Part shown: positions 1-17,300 of the stretch, one piece after another
How the letters are laid out: every line of letters begins with the position of its first letter
Numbering within the stretch: position 1 is the stretch's first letter
DNA from: the human T2T-CHM13v2.0 reference genome, Homo sapiens
Reading direction: 5' to 3' (one strand)
Length of the DNA stretch: 64,000 nucleotides
Assembly: GCF_009914755.1 (NCBI RefSeq)
Contig: NC_060947.1
The notes under the pieces: generated by a model
Databases searched by the model: none
Seen by the model: the letters and a program-made list of their open reading frames with translations, nothing else
Told to the model about the DNA's origin: nothing
Translations under genes and position numbers: made by a program

Positions 1-1612
1 AAGCAGTGGGGAAAGTAATCCTTATTTAATAAATGGTGCTGGGATAACTGGCTAGCCATATGCAGAAGATTTAAACTTGACCCCTTACTTACACCATATT
101 ACACAACAATTAACTCAAGATAGATTAAAGACTTAAATGTAAAATCAAAGCTATAAAAGCCCTGGAATACAATCTATGCAATATCATTGTGCATATAGAT
201 ATGGGCAAATATTTCATGACAAAGACATCAAGAGCAATTGCGACAAAAGCAAAAATGGACAAATGGGATCTTATTAAACTAAGGACCTTCTGCACAGAAA
301 AAGGAACTATCAACAGAAAGAGCATACAACCTATAGAATGGTAGAAAATTTTTGCAAACTATGCAAAATAGATATCTGACAAAAGTCTAATATCTAGCAC
401 CTATAAAGAACTTAAATTTATTAAACCATTAAAAAGTGGGCAAATGACATGAACAAATACTTTTCAAAATAAGACATACATGCAGCCAATGATAATATGA
501 AAAAAAGTTCCACATCACAGGTTATTAGAGAAATGCAAATCAAAACCACAGTGAGATACCATGTCACACCCGTCAGAATGGCTATTACTTTTTTTTATTG
601 TTATTTCAATAGTTCTTGGGGAAATGGTAGTGTTTGGTTACAGGGATAAGTTCTTTAGTGGTAATTTCTGAGATTTTGATGCACCCACCACCTGAACAGT
701 GTACACTGTACTCAATGGGTAGTCTTTTATGCTTCACCTTCCTCCCACCCTTCCCGGCTGAGTCCCCAAAGTTTATTGTATCATTCTTATGCCTTTGTGT
801 CCTCATAGCTTACCTCCCATTTATAAGTAACATACCATGTTTGATTTTCCATTCCTGAGTTACTTCAGTTACAATAATGGTCTCCAATTCCATCCAGGTT
901 ACTGAAAGTGCTATTACTTTGTTCCTTTTAATGTCTGAGTAGTATTCTATGGTGTATATATACACACCACATTTTCTTTATTTACTTGTTGATCAGTGGG
1001 CATTTTGGCTGGTTCTATATTTTTGGAATTGCGAATTGTGCTGCCGTAAATGTATGTGTGTGCAAGAATCTTTTTCATATAATGACTTCTTTTCCTCTGG
1101 GTGGATACCCAGCAGTAGGATTGCTGGATCAAATGGTAGATCTACTTTTAATACTTTAAGGAGTCTCCATACTGTTTTCCATAGCAGTTGTACTAGTTTA
1201 CATTACCATAAGCAGTGTAAAAGTATTCCCTTTTAACCACATCCACACCAATATCTATTATTTTTGATTTTTTAATTGTGGCCATTCTTGCAAGAGTAAG
1301 CTTGTATCACATTGTGGTTTTGATTTGCATTTCCCTAATAATTAGTGATGCTGTGCATTTTTTCATATGTGTGTTGGCCACTTATATATATATTTTGAGA
1401 ATTGTCTATTCATGTCCTTAGCACACTTTTTGGTGGGATTATTATTTTTTTTCTTGCTGATTTGTTTGAGATCCTTGTAGATTCTGGATATTAGTCCTTT
1501 GTCAGATATATATAGATTGCGAAGATTTTCTTCCACTCTGTGGGTTGTCAGTTTACTCTGTTGATTATTTCTTTTGCTCTGCAGAAGCTTTTTAGTTAAG
1601 TCCCATCTATTT

Positions 1613-3554
<1,942 letters not shown>

Positions 3555-5496
3555 CTAATTGTCCCAGCACCATTTTTTGAGTAGGGTGCGCTTTCCCCAC
3601 ATTATGTTTTTGTTTGCTTTGCCAAAGATGAGTTGGCTGTAAGTTTTTGGCTTTATTTCTGTGTTCTCTATTCTGTTCCATTGGATGAATGGAACTATTC
3701 ATTTTCATACCAGTACCATGCTGTTATAGTAATTATATCCTTATAGTATACTTTAAAATCAGGTAATGTGATGCCTACAGATAGTCCTGCTTTGTCTACG
3801 TGGAGTCTTTTTACCTTCCTTCTGCATTTTAGGATTGTTTTTTCTAGTTCTGTGAAGAATGATGATAGTATTTTGATGGGAATTGCATTGAATTTGTAGT
3901 TTGCTTTTGGCAGTATGGTCATTTTCACAACATTGATTCTACCCATCCGTGAACATGGGATGTGTTCCCATTTGTTTGTGTCATCTATGATTTCTTTCAG
4001 CAGTGTTTTGTAGTTTTTTTGGTAGAGATCTTTTTGGTTAGGTGTATTCCTAAGTTTTTTTATTTTTTATTTTTTGCAGTATTGTGAGAGACGTTGAGTT
4101 TTGATTTGATTTTCAGCTTGGTCACTGTTAGTGTATAGCAGTGCTACTGATTTGTGTACGTTGATTTTGTATTCTAAAACTTTACTGAATTCATTTATCA
4201 GATCTAGAAGATTTTTAGATGAGTCTTTAGGGTTTTCTAGGTATACGATCATATCATTGGTGAACAGGGACAGTTTGACTTTCTCCTTTTCAATTTGGAT
4301 GCCCTTTATTTTTTTTTCTCTTGTCTGACTTCTCTGATTAGGACTTCAGTACTATGTTGAATAGAAGTGGTGAAACTGGGCACCCTAGTCTTGTTCCAGT
4401 TCTCAGGGGGAATGCTTTCAGCTTTTTCCTGTTCAGTATAATGTTGTCTGTGGGTTTGTCATAGATGGCTTTTATTACCTTAAGGTATTTTGCTGAGGGC
4501 TTTAATCATAAAGCGATGCTAGATTTTGTCAAATGCTTTTTCTGTGTCTTTTGAGATGACCATATGATTTTTGTTTTTAATTCTGTTTATGTGGTGTATC
4601 ACATTTATTGACTTGTTTATGTTAAACCATCCCTGAATCACTGGTATGAAACCCAGTTGATCATGGTGGATTGTCTTTTTGATATGCTGTTGGATTCGGT
4701 TAGCAAGTATTTAGTAGAGGATTTTTGCATTTATGTTCATCCAAGATATTGGTCTGTAGTTTTTTTTTTGTTGTTGTTGTTATGTCTTATTCTGGTTTGG
4801 GGTTTTGGGGTAATACTGGCTTCATAGAATGATTTAGGGAGGATTCCCTTTTTCTCTACCTTTTGGCATAGTTTCATTAGGATTTTTACCAATTCTTCTT
4901 TGAATGTCTGATAGAATTCAGCTGTGAATGCATCTGGTCCTGGACTTTATTTTCTTGGCAGTTTTTTAAAATTTCCATTTTGATCTCACTGCTTGTTATT
5001 GGTCTTTTTGGGGTTTCTAGTTCTTCCTGGTTTAATCTAGGAGGGTTGCGTATTTCCACGAATTTATTCATTTTCTGTAGGTTTTCTAGTTTGTATGCAT
5101 AATGGTGTTCATAGTAGCCTTGAATGATCTTTTGTATTTCTGTGGTATCAGTTATAATATATCCAGTTTCTATACTAATTGAGCTTTTTTGGATCTTCTC
5201 TCTTCTTTTCATGGTTAATCTCACTAATGGTCTATCCATTTTGTTTATTGTTTCAAAGAACCAGCTTTTTGTTTCATTTATCTTTTGTATTTTTTTTTGT
5301 TTCAATTTCATTTAGTTCTGCTCTGCTCTTCGTTATTTCTTTTCTTTTCCTGGGTTTGGGTTTGGATTGTTCCTGTTTCTCTAGTTCCTTGAGGTGTGAC
5401 CTTAGATTGTCTATTTGTGCTCTTTCAGACTTTTCGATGGAGGCATCTAAGGCTGTCAACTTTCCTCTTAGAATTGCTTTTGCTTTATCCCAGAGG

Positions 5497-5994
5497 TGCT
5501 GGGAACAAGCCCTAAGCCTGTCATAAACAGGCCTTAAAGAAACTGGCTGTAAACAGGATTTCTGCAGCAATGTGACATGCTCGTGATGGCTGTCACGCAC
5601 ACTGCTAGAAGTTGTTGGTTTACTAGAGTAGGGCAAGGAACACCTGGCCCGCCCGGAGCGGAAAACTGCTCAAACCACAAACAATAGCATGAACGGCCTG
5701 TGCCTTAACAACATGTCTTTGCTGCAGATAATCAGCCAGAGCCTTTTTCTCTACTCCTCGCTAAGAATGCTTTGTTTCCTGTAAGGAATGCTTTTAGTTA
5801 ATCTATAATCTCTAGAAGCAATGCATATCACGGTTTACTCTCAGTAAATACGTGGGTCAAATTGTGTTCGTGGCTCTCAGCTCTGAAGGCTATCAGTCCC
5901 CTGATTCCCACTTTGCACTCTATTTCTGTGTCTTTGTCTTCAATTCCTCTAGCGCCACTGGGTTGGGGTCTCCATGACCGACCTGGTCTCGGTA
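5497..5994 (+). mobile_element. MER9 solo LTR (HERV-K HML-3 group)
   Basis: Starts tgctgggaacaagccc and ends ctggtctcggta, matching MER9 termini. 6-bp TSD cagagg (5491-5496, 5995-6000), the length typical of ERVK. Confidence 0.88.
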
Positions 5995-7457
5995 CAGAGG
6001 TTTTGATAAGTTGTGTCACTATTATTGTTCAGTCCAAAGAATTTTTAAATTTCCATCTTGATTTCACTGTTGACCCAATGATCATTCTGGAACAGATTAT
6101 TTAATTTCCATGTATTTACATGGTTTCTTTTGGAGTTGATATCTAATTTTATTCCACTGTGGTCTGAGAGAATACTTGATATAATTTTGATTTTCTTAAA
6201 CTTATTGAGACTTGTTTTGTCACCTTTAATGGTCTGTTTTGGAGAATGTTCCATGTGTTATTGAATACAATGTATATTCTTCTGTTGTTGGGTGGGATGT
6301 TCTGTAAATATCTGTTAGGTCCATTTGTTCCAGGTTATAGCTTAAGTCCATTTTTTTTGTTGACTCTCTGTCTTGATGACCTGTATAGTGCTGTTGGTGG
6401 AGTATTGAATTCCCTCACTATTACTGTTTTGCCATCTATCTCATTTCTTAGGTCTAGTAGTAATTGTTTTATAAATTTGGGAGCTCCAGTGTCAGGTGCA
6501 TATATATTTAGGATTTTGATATTTTCCTACTGGACTAGTACTTTTATCATTATATAATGTTCCGCTTTGTCTTTTTAAACTGTTTTTGCTTTAAAGTCTG
6601 TTTTGTCTGATATAAGAATAGTTACCTCAGTTCACTTTTGGTGTCCATTTGCAAGGAATATCTTTTTCCACCCCTTTACCTTAAGCTTATGTGAGTCCTT
6701 ATGTGTTAGGTGAGTCTCTTGAAGACGGTATATACTTGGATGATTAATTCTTATCCAGAATCACTGTTACTAAAAGTTAAAAAATAACAGATGCTGGTGA
6801 AATTGCAGAGAAAAAGGAATGCTTATACACTCTTTCTGGGACTGTAAATTCATTCAACCATTGTGGAAGACAGTGTGGAAATTTCACAAGGACCTAAAAA
6901 CAAAAATGCCACTTGACCCATCAATCCCATTAGTGGATACATATTCAAAGGAATATAAATTGTTCTATTAAAAAGACACATGTATGCTTATGTTCTTTGC
7001 AGCACTATTCATGGTAGCAAAGATATGGAATCACCCTAAATGTCCATGAACGGTAGGTTGGATTTTTAAAAAGTGGTAAATATATACCGTGGAACACTAT
7101 GCAGCCATAAAAAACAAAATGGTCATGTCCATTGCAGGGACATGGGTGGATCTGGAGGCCATCATTCTTAGCAAACTAACATAGGACTCTAAAATCAAAT
7201 ACTGCATGTTCTCACTTATAAGAGGAGCTAAATGATGAGAACATATTGACACATGTAAGGGAACAACACACACTGGGGCCTATCAGAGGGTGGAGGGTGG
7301 GAGGAGGGAAAGGATCAGGAAAAATAACTAATGGGTACTAGACTCAATACATGTGTGACAAAATAATCTGTACAATAAACACTCATGACACAAGATTACC
7401 TACACAACAAACCTGCACATGTAGCCCTGAACTTAAAATTTAAAAAAATTTTAAAAA

Positions 7458-9985
7458 TACAGGCCAGTATCAATGATGAACATTGATGCAAAAATCCTCA
7501 ACAAAACACTAGCAAACCAAATTTACCAATACATTAAAAAGACCATTCATCATGACCAAGTGGTATTTATCCCTGTGATGCAAGTATGATTCAACATTCA
7601 CAAATCAATTAAAGTGATACGTCATAACAACAGAAGGAAGGACAAAAACCACATGATAATTCAATTGATGCTGAAAAAGCATGTAATAAAATTCAACATT
7701 CCTTCATGATAAAAACCCTCAAGTGACTGGGTATAGAAGTAACATATCATGACATAATTAAAGCCATATATGACAGATCCACAACTAGTATCACACAAAA
7801 TGGGAAAAAGCAAATTCTTTTAAGATTCGAAACACAACAAGGATACTGACTTTCACCACTGTTATTCAACATAGTACTGGTAGTCCTAAATAGAGTAATC
7901 AAAAATGAGGGGGGAAAAGGGCATCCAAATTAGAAAGGAAGAATTCAGATTATCTTTGTTTTAGATGATATGATCTTATACTTGCAGAAACCTAAACCTC
8001 CACAAAAAACTATTAGAATTGATAAATTCAGTAAAGTTACAGAATACAAAATCAACATACAAAAATCAGTAACATTTCTATATGCCAACACTGAACAATC
8101 TGAAAAGGAAATGATAAAAATAATCTTATTCACAACCACACATAAGATTAAATATTTAGGAATTAACATAACCAAAGAAGTGAAATATCTATATAATGAA
8201 AACTGTAAAACACAAATAAAAGAAATTGAAGAGGACACACAAAAATAAGATATTTTATGTTCTCGTATTGGTAGAATCAATGTTTTTAAAAGTTGCGTAT
8301 ATGCATTCAATGCAATTCCTGTCCAAATACCAATGACGTTATTTACAGAAATAGAAAAAAAAATCCTAATATTTATATGGAACCACAAAAGTCCCAGAAT
8401 AACCAAAGCTATTCTAAGCAAAATGAACAAAACTAAAGGAATCATATTACCTGGCTTCAAATTATACTGCAGAGCTATAGTAACCAAAACACTATGGTAC
8501 TGGCATAAAAACAGACACATACATTAATGGAACAGAACAGAGAACCCAGAAACAAATCCACACACCTCCAGTGAACTCATTTTTGACAGAGGTGCCAAGA
8601 ACTTATACTGGGGAAAAGACAGTCTTTTCAATAAATGGTGCTGGGAAAACTGGATATCCATATGCAGAAGAACGAAACTAGACTCCCATTTCTTGCCATA
8701 TACAAAAACCAAATCAAAATGGATTAAAGACTTAAATCTAAGACCCCACACTATGAAACTGCTACAAGAAAACTTGGGGGAAACTCTCCAGAGCACTGGT
8801 CTGGGGAAAAATAACTCCTTAAGCAATACCCCACAAGCATAGGCAACCAAAGCAAAAATGGACAAATGGGATTATATTAAGTTAAAAGCCTCTTCACAGC
8901 TAAGGAAACAACAAAATGATGACACAACCCATGGAATAGGAGAAAATATTTGCAAACTACCTATCTGACAAGGTGTTGGTAACCAGAATATATAAGAAAC
9001 TCAAATTCTGTAGAAAAAAAGGATATTAATTTGATCAAAAATGTGCAAGAAAATTTTAATAGACATTTCTCAAAAGGAGACATACAAATGCAAACAGGCA
9101 TATGAAAATGTGCTCAACATCATTGATTATCAGAGAAATGCACATTGAAACTCCCATATGATATCATCTCACCTCAATTAAAATGGCTTATATCCAAAAG
9201 TCAGCCACTAACAAATGCTGGCGAGGATGTGGAGAAAAGGGAAGACTCCCACTCTGTTGGTGAGAATGTAAAATAGTACAACTACTATAGAGAACATTTT
9301 GGAGGATCCAACAATCCCACTGTGGAGCATATACCCAAAGAAAGGAAATAAGTATCTGCACTCCCATGTTTGTTGAAACACTGTTCCCAATAGCCAAGAT
9401 TTGGAAGCAACTTAAGCGTCCATCAACAGATTAATGGATAAAGAAAATGTTGTACCTGTACACAATGGAGTATTATTTAGTCATTAAAAAGATCAAAATG
9501 GATGGAACTGGAGATCTTTATGTTAAGTGAAATGAGCCAGGCACAGAGAGACAAACATCACATGTTCTAATTTATTTGTGGGGTCTAAAAATCAAAACAA
9601 TTGAACTCATGGACATAGAGAGTAGAAGGATGGTTGCCAGAAGCTGGGAAGGGTAGTAGCAGAGGACCAGGAAGGGAATGTGGGGATGGTTAATGGGTAC
9701 AAAAACATAGAAAGAATGGGTACAAAAACATAGAAAGAACATAAGATCTACATTTGACAGTACAACAGGGTTACTATACTCAATAATAACTTAATTATAC
9801 ATTTAAAAATAACAAAAAGGTGCAATTGGATTGTAAAACAAAGGATAAGTGCTTGAGGGGATGGATTCCTTATTCTCCATGATGTGATTGGTACGCATTG
9901 CATGCCTATATCAGAACATCTTGTGTACCTCACAAATATATATACCTACTATGTACCCACAATAATTTATTTTAAAAATTAAAAA
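7458..9985 (+). mobile_element. LINE-1 L1MA1/2-like: ORF2 RT region to 3' end
   Basis: ORF2 remnants (7970..8248, 8333..8527). L1MA-type 3'UTR ending 'tatatacctactatgtacccac' plus an A-rich tail. Confidence 0.88.
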
Positions 9986-11060
9986 TTATTAGCACAATAA
10001 ATAAATTGAAGTGAAATATATATATGATATATTTTCAATCATCTCAAATTTGTTAGACTTGTTTTTTGGCCTTACATATTCTCTGTCATGGAATATTTTC
10101 TTTATACGCTTAAAAAGACTACATGTTCTGATGCTGTTGAATAGAATGTTCTGTATATGTCTGTTAGGTCCATTTGGTCTATAGTGTTGTTCAAGCCACT
10201 TGTTTTCTTACTCATTTTCTCTTTGGATAATCTGTCCATTGTTGAACATCGGGTATTGAAGTGGACTGTTATTTTATTGCTGTCTATTTCTCCCTTCAGT
10301 TCTGTTAATAAATACCTTATATATTATATTTAGGTGCTCCAATATTGCATACATAGATGTATTTACATTTGTTACATCTTGTTGATGAATTTACCCCTTT
10401 ATCATGATATAATGACTTTCTTTGTCTATTGTGACAGTTTTTGACTTAAAGTCTGGTTTTTTTCTGATGTAAGTAAAATAAATGTAGCCAACTAAGCTCT
10501 CTTTTAGTTACTATTTGCATGGAATATCTTTTTCCATTTCTTCACTTTCATCCTCTCTGTGTTCTTAAAAGTAAAGTGAGTCTTCTTACTTAGCATATAG
10601 TTGGATTCTAATTTTAAAATCGATTTAGTCACTCTGTTTTTTTATTGGTAAATTTAATTCATTTATATTTAAATAACTTATTAATAGGTTAAGTGTTTAT
10701 TATTGCCATTTTGTTAATTGCTTTCTGACATTTTGTCATTCCTCTATGTCTTTCTTCCTCTATTTCTGTGTACCTTTGTGATTTATTTCTGTAATGGTAT
10801 GCATTGATTTCTTTTTTTATCTTTTGTGTATTTACTACACATTTTTTTCTTTGTGATTACCATGAGACTCATGTAAAACATCTTAGACTATTACAAGATG
10901 TTTTATGAGTCTCATGATAATCACAAAGATTACTATTAAAGCTGATAACTTTGAACATGTTAAAACAACCTTACACTTCAACTTTTTCTTCCCCCCATTT
11001 TATGTTATTGATGCCACACTTCATATCATTTATATTGTGTATACTAAAAAGTTATTATAG

Positions 11061-11417
<357 letters not shown>

Positions 11418-12313
11418 ACATTAGAGTATTCTTAATTTGACTATGTTTGTTTTTTGGGAGTTTTCTACTTTTCTCTCTTTTTGTTGTTAGTGTCCTTTCT
11501 TTTCAACTTGCAGGCCTTTCTTTAGCATTTCTTGTAAGGCAGGTCTAGGGGTGTTTAATCCCCCTAGCTTTTCTTTGTCTGGGACAGTCTTTATCTCTAC
11601 TGCATATCTGAAGGGCAACTTTGCCAGATAAAGAACTACTGATTAGCAGTTTTATTATTTTATCACTTTGTATATGTCATCCTACTCTTTTAGCCTGCAG
11701 GACTTCTGCTGCAAAATCCTCTGATACTCCAGTGGAAGTTGGTTTGTATGTGACAAGCCTGTTTTCTTTTGCTGCTCTCAAAATTCTCTCTTTGTCTTTG
11801 AATTTTGAGAATGTGCTTATTATGTATCTTGAAGAGGTGTCTTTATGTTTAATATATTTGGGGCTCTTTACCTTCGTGGATCTAGATGTTCACTTCCTTC
11901 AGATATGAGAATTTTTCTGTCATTATTTACTTAAAGAAATTTTCTGCCCCTCTTGTCTCTATTCTGTTGGGCCTCAAATAATGTGTATATTGGTCCATTT
12001 GATTGTGTCTCATAAATTCTGTATACTTTCTTCATAATTTTTTATTCTTATTTCCTTTTGTTGTTTTGACTGAGTAATTTTGAATAAGCTGTCTTTGAAC
12101 TCACTGATTCTTTTTTTGTTTGAGTCTGCTGAGGAAGACATCTGTGGAATATATCAGTTCAGTCATTGAATCGTTGCGTTCTTTAGCTCCAGGATTTCTG
12201 CTTGGTTATTTTTTAATGTTTTTTTTTTTTTTTCTCTTTGTCGAACTTGTTGTTCTGCTCATATAATGTTTTCCTGATTTTGTTTGGTTGTTTGTCTATC
12301 TTGTACTTCGTAG

Positions 12314-12937
<624 letters not shown>

Positions 12938-15280
12938 TAAAGATCATTATTTAAAATTATCAGGCGTTTCATAGATCTCTATTTTTAAGGTCAGCTACTG
13001 GTACTTTATTCTGTTCCTTGGGTGGTGTCATATTTCTTTGATTATTCATGATCCTTGTAGTTTTGTGTTGGTATCTGCACATTTGAAAAAGTAGGCACCT
13101 CTTTCAGTCTTTACAGACTGGGTTTGGCAGGGAAGCTGACTTTACCAGTCAGCTTGGCTAGAGGGTCTTGTTGGGTCAGCAGATGGAATCCGTGTTCGGA
13201 CTTGGGTCTGGAGTTCTTGGGCAGGCTGGCCTTGTTTTAGGGCCTGGTGCCTAGGTTCACTATAGCTGGCCTTGTGTACGGATCTGCAGGGCCAGGCCTT
13301 GAGCTCAAGCCTGTACAGGTAGGCCTGGTGTCCTGGTTCATAGGGTTGAGCCTGGCTCTGGGTACATGGGGTTCAACCTTGCAGGGAGGTAGAACTTGAG
13401 CCTGAGTTGGGGAGGGTCAGCTTTGTGTGGGGGTGTGCTTATGTTTTGGGTCCACAGGAGCCAGTCTGACACCAGAGTATGTCTGGAGTCTGAGACTGTG
13501 GGGTCTGGTTTGGACCTGGGTCATAGGGGCTGGCCTGAAGTCTGGGTCCACAGATGCTGGCCTAGAGCCTTGGGCCACAGGAACTTGCCTTGTGTTGAGG
13601 TTGGCCTAGGGCCTGGGTTCACAGGTGCCAGTCTGTGTCCATGAGGGCCTGCTGGGAGCCTGATGCTGTCTGGGCTGGCTCAACACTGGGTGGGCCTGAA
13701 GCCTTGTTCCACAGAGATGGGCCCGGAGCCTGTGGCTGTGGTAACTAGCTTGGCATTGGGGTGGCCCTAGAGCCTAGGTCCATGGGTGCTTGCCTGGTGC
13801 TGGGGTCTATAGATAAGGTGAATGCTTATCCACTGTCATTCTTCCATGTGGAGGATGTGTCTGTCCATGCTACACTGTGAGGGCTTTGGGGAGGGGTGGT
13901 GTGGTTATTTGTGTAACTGTCTCACACACCACATACCCTTTTCAATGCATTTTATTTTATTTCATTGCTCCACCCAGTTGCTGCAATCACTTACATAGAT
14001 TCCTTAACTGTTGTGAAGGTACTTTCATGAGTGGGTAATTTTTCAAATTGATGCTTCTTTGAGGAGTCCAGCACTGGATGCTCATATTCCAATATCTTGC
14101 TTCATCACTCTTCAATCGTTTTCTTTTAAAAAATAGTAAATGTCATGTAATTTGGTTTGGGGAACTGACAGGCAAGTTCTAGCTGACTAATTGATGAAGA
14201 TGCAGAAGAGGCTGGCAATTTACAATTTTGAAAATTTTAAATAGAAAAATCTTGATTGGAATAATTGAGTTAGGGCCAAATGCTCAGACTGTCACATGCA
14301 GAGAAGCATGAGTTCTGAAAATACATATATTTGACCCTTTTCTTTTTGTTTTGGCCTTCAGCCCTTCTACCTATTAGATGATGGAAGACTTTGGACACTT
14401 TGGTAACTTGGGATGGACTCTAATTTCAAATTGCTCTGATCTTAGACTAGTTTTCTTTTTGGATATGGTTTAATGTCTGTGAGCGCAATAAGGAAGTCAT
14501 TGGCTTGAACAGATTTGTGGCTCGGTGCTGAGGAAAAGTAGAATTGTGGATCCATGCCCAGGATGGATGTGTAGGAACAAACAGTTGGTGGCTGTGAACA
14601 AAGAGAATAATTTTTTACAAGGGAGTATTTCTCAGCATTTTACATCCTCTAATTTGAAGACTTTAGGGTTTCTTTTTCTCTTTAATCATTTTAATTGCAT
14701 TCTTCTTTTAAAAAATCAAAACGTAGATGAGACCAATAACTCCAACCTCAATTTTTATTGGCACACGCGTGTGTGTGCATGTGTGTGTAAGAGTTCATGT
14801 GCATACACATGCATGATCACAAAATAGGTTTTATTCTGTACACATTGTCTTGAAACTTTTTTCTTCACTTATCAAAATGTCTTGGTGCAATATTTATGCC
14901 ATTGCGTGTATATCTAGCTCATTCCTTTTACTAGCTTTATATTATCCTATAATATAAACATTCTATATTTCATTTGCTATTCTTTTATTCATGGGCATTT
15001 TTGTTATCTTCAAATTTTCAATACTAAAAACAAGACCATAATCAACAATTCTGTGCATGGCCCTGTGTGCATAGATGCAAGTATTTCTATATGGAAGACA
15101 CAGAGTTTACTTGCTAAGTACAAGCAATTGCAAATTTGCAAGTTGCTTTGGGTACAAACAGTCTTGCCAACTACATATTACTCAATTGGTCTCCCAAACC
15201 TTTCGCAGCATTTACTCCATATTCCACCCAAACCTTGACAAAATCAGTTTTTAATTTTTGCAAATAATAAGTAATAAGTA

Positions 15281-15653
15281 CAGATGCTCCTCAACTTAAA
15301 ATAAAGTTATGTCCTGATAAACCCGTTGTAAGTTGAAATTATTGTAAGTTGAACATGTATTTAATATGCCTAACTTAGCAAACATAATAGCTTAGACTAG
15401 CCTACCTTAAATATTCTCAGAACACTTGTATTAGCCTACAGCTGGGCAAAATCATCTGGCGACACAGTACACTATAGCGTATTAATTGTTTACCCTTGAG
15501 ATCATGTGGCTGACTTGGAGGTGTGGCGCACTGCTGTTGCTCAGCATTGTAAGAGAGTATCATACCACCTTCTACTGAATGTGTATCACTTTTTTACCGT
15601 CACAAAGTTGAAAAATCATTTAAGTTGAACCATTGTAAATGTGGGATCATTTG
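15281..15653. mobile_element. MER47A (TcMar-Tigger non-autonomous DNA transposon)
   Basis: Begins cagatgctcctcaactt, carries MER47 internal sequence, and has TA on both flanks (15279-80, 15654-55). Confidence 0.88.
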
Positions 15654-15977
15654 TAATAGCTCATTTTTCTGATTATTAGTTCCCCGATTGCTAGTGAGTT
15701 GATCATTTTTTCATCTCGGTATTGACCACCTCTATGTCCGCTTCTGTAAATTGCCTGCAGAAATCATCTGCCTATTTTTCTACTGGGTTGTCTTTTATTT
15801 TATGGATTTGTAGGAGTCTTTTGATCACTCATTGTTAGTTGAATGTATTTTAGATACCATCTCCTAGTATGTTGCTTGCTTTTAACTTTGGTTTTGATAT
15901 TTATTGCATATCATTTTTATATTTTGGTATTATCAAATTCATTTTGTTCCCTGTGGTTTTTGCTTGTGTGAATTATT

Positions 15978-16115
15978 TTTAAATGACATTTTAAACATTA
16001 AACATTTAAATGACATTTTAAACCACTATTTTCTTCTAGTGTTTAAATTAAATGTTTAAACATTAAACATTTAAATGACATTTTAAACCACTAAAAATAT
16101 TTTCTTCTAGTGTTT
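15978..16115. repeat. Complex local duplication with a short inverted patch
   Basis: 39-bp exact repeat at 15990-16028 and 16055-16093. tttaaatgacattttaaac occurs three times and ttttcttctagtgttt twice. Confidence 0.9.
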
Positions 16116-16686
16116 TTATAAAATTATTATTGATTTTTACTTACTTTTAAGGGTTTGACATGTTTGGAATATGTATTTTTGTGTGCATGAGCATATGTCT
16201 GTCTGTGTATTTGAGGTAAGTGAGGTTAATTTTTTTACTCAAGTTTTAGGTACATTAGGTTCCAGGCAATTCAAGATATATATTTTTTCTCTTTCTCTTC
16301 CCCAACTGCCTCTACTCTCCTAATACCTGAATCATCCACCCCATACCCATGTTTGCTTTCTGGTTCTTATACAACATATACTAGATTTTCAGTCAACATT
16401 TCTATTTGGTCATCTTTCAGAATCATTCCTCTAGGAGGCTCTACAGATGTAGAATACATAGTTCTTGCTCTCAAAAACCTGGAAAGATTAAGAGGCTATC
16501 CAACGTCAGAATAAGCAAAAGCTCAAGGTTGTGATGTCAGACCTATTGCAAGAGGAAGGAAAATAGTATTTGTTAACAATAGTATTCGATAAATAGTATT
16601 TGTTAACATGAAATGTTGTGTATAAGGTGTTCACAGATTGTTTCAAGAATCTCAACGTTCCTATGAGATAGATATTATTACCCCCC

Positions 16687-17057
16687 TGTATTAGTCTGTT
16701 TTCATACTGCTATAAAGAACTATCCGAGACTGGGTAATTTATAAAGGAAAGAGGTTTAATTGACTCACAGCTCCACATGGCTGGGGAGGCCTCAGGAAAC
16801 TTAAAATCATGGTGTAAGGCAAAGGGGAAGCAAGGACCTTCTTCACATGACTGCAGGAGAGAGACAGGCTAGCAAGAGCAGGGAAAACTGCCTTATAAAA
16901 CCATCAGATCTTGTAAGAATTCACTCACTATTACCAGAACAGCATGGAGGAAACCACCCCCATAATCCAATCACTTCTTACTAGGTATCTCTCTAAACAC
17001 TTGGGAATTACAATTCAAGGTGCTATTTGGGTGGGGACACAAAGCCTAACCATATTA
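16687..17057 (-). mobile_element. THE1D solo LTR (MaLR)
   Basis: tgtattagtc...gcctaaccatatta termini; TSD ccccc/cccct. Confidence 0.88.
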
Positions 17058-17154
17058 CCCCTGATTTATACATGAAGGAGAAAGTCGGGTCCATAGTGGT
17101 TGAGGAAGTTGGGTTCACAGTGGTTAAAGACCTTGTTTAAGGTTACCTGAGTGG

Positions 17155-17300
17155 TATATCATGAGTGTCAGAGTTCGCCATAGAAACAGAACTAATAGGA
17201 CGGGTTACATGTCTATAAAATACCTTCACAGAAACATTCAGATTAGCAGACTAGGACGGCACCGTATCCTAACCAAGTTGATATGTAATTAACCATCACA
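17155..17300 (-). mobile_element. Internally deleted MLT2-type (ERVL) solo LTR
   Basis: Both MLT2-like ends are present ('gtcagagttcgccatagaaacagaactaatagga' and 'ccaagttgatatgtaattaaccatcaca'). 5-bp TSD agtgg (17150-54, 17301-05). Confidence 0.7.

Larger units (their letters stand above)
14800..16220 (-). mobile_element. Highly decayed L1ME-like fragments
   Basis: Patches resembling the L1M 3'UTR and ORF2 end (e.g. 'tctactgggttgtcttttattttatggatttgtaggagt'). Confidence 0.55.

Noticed and set aside
7945-8520. 191-aa hydrophobic ORF resembling a membrane protein
   Set aside because: Antisense translation of A-rich L1 ORF2.
9692-9737. Exact 23-bp tandem duplication (similar ones at 16561-16608, 38611-38664, 54144-54185)
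   Set aside because: Two-copy slippage duplications with no spacer array; not CRISPR-like and no sign of function.
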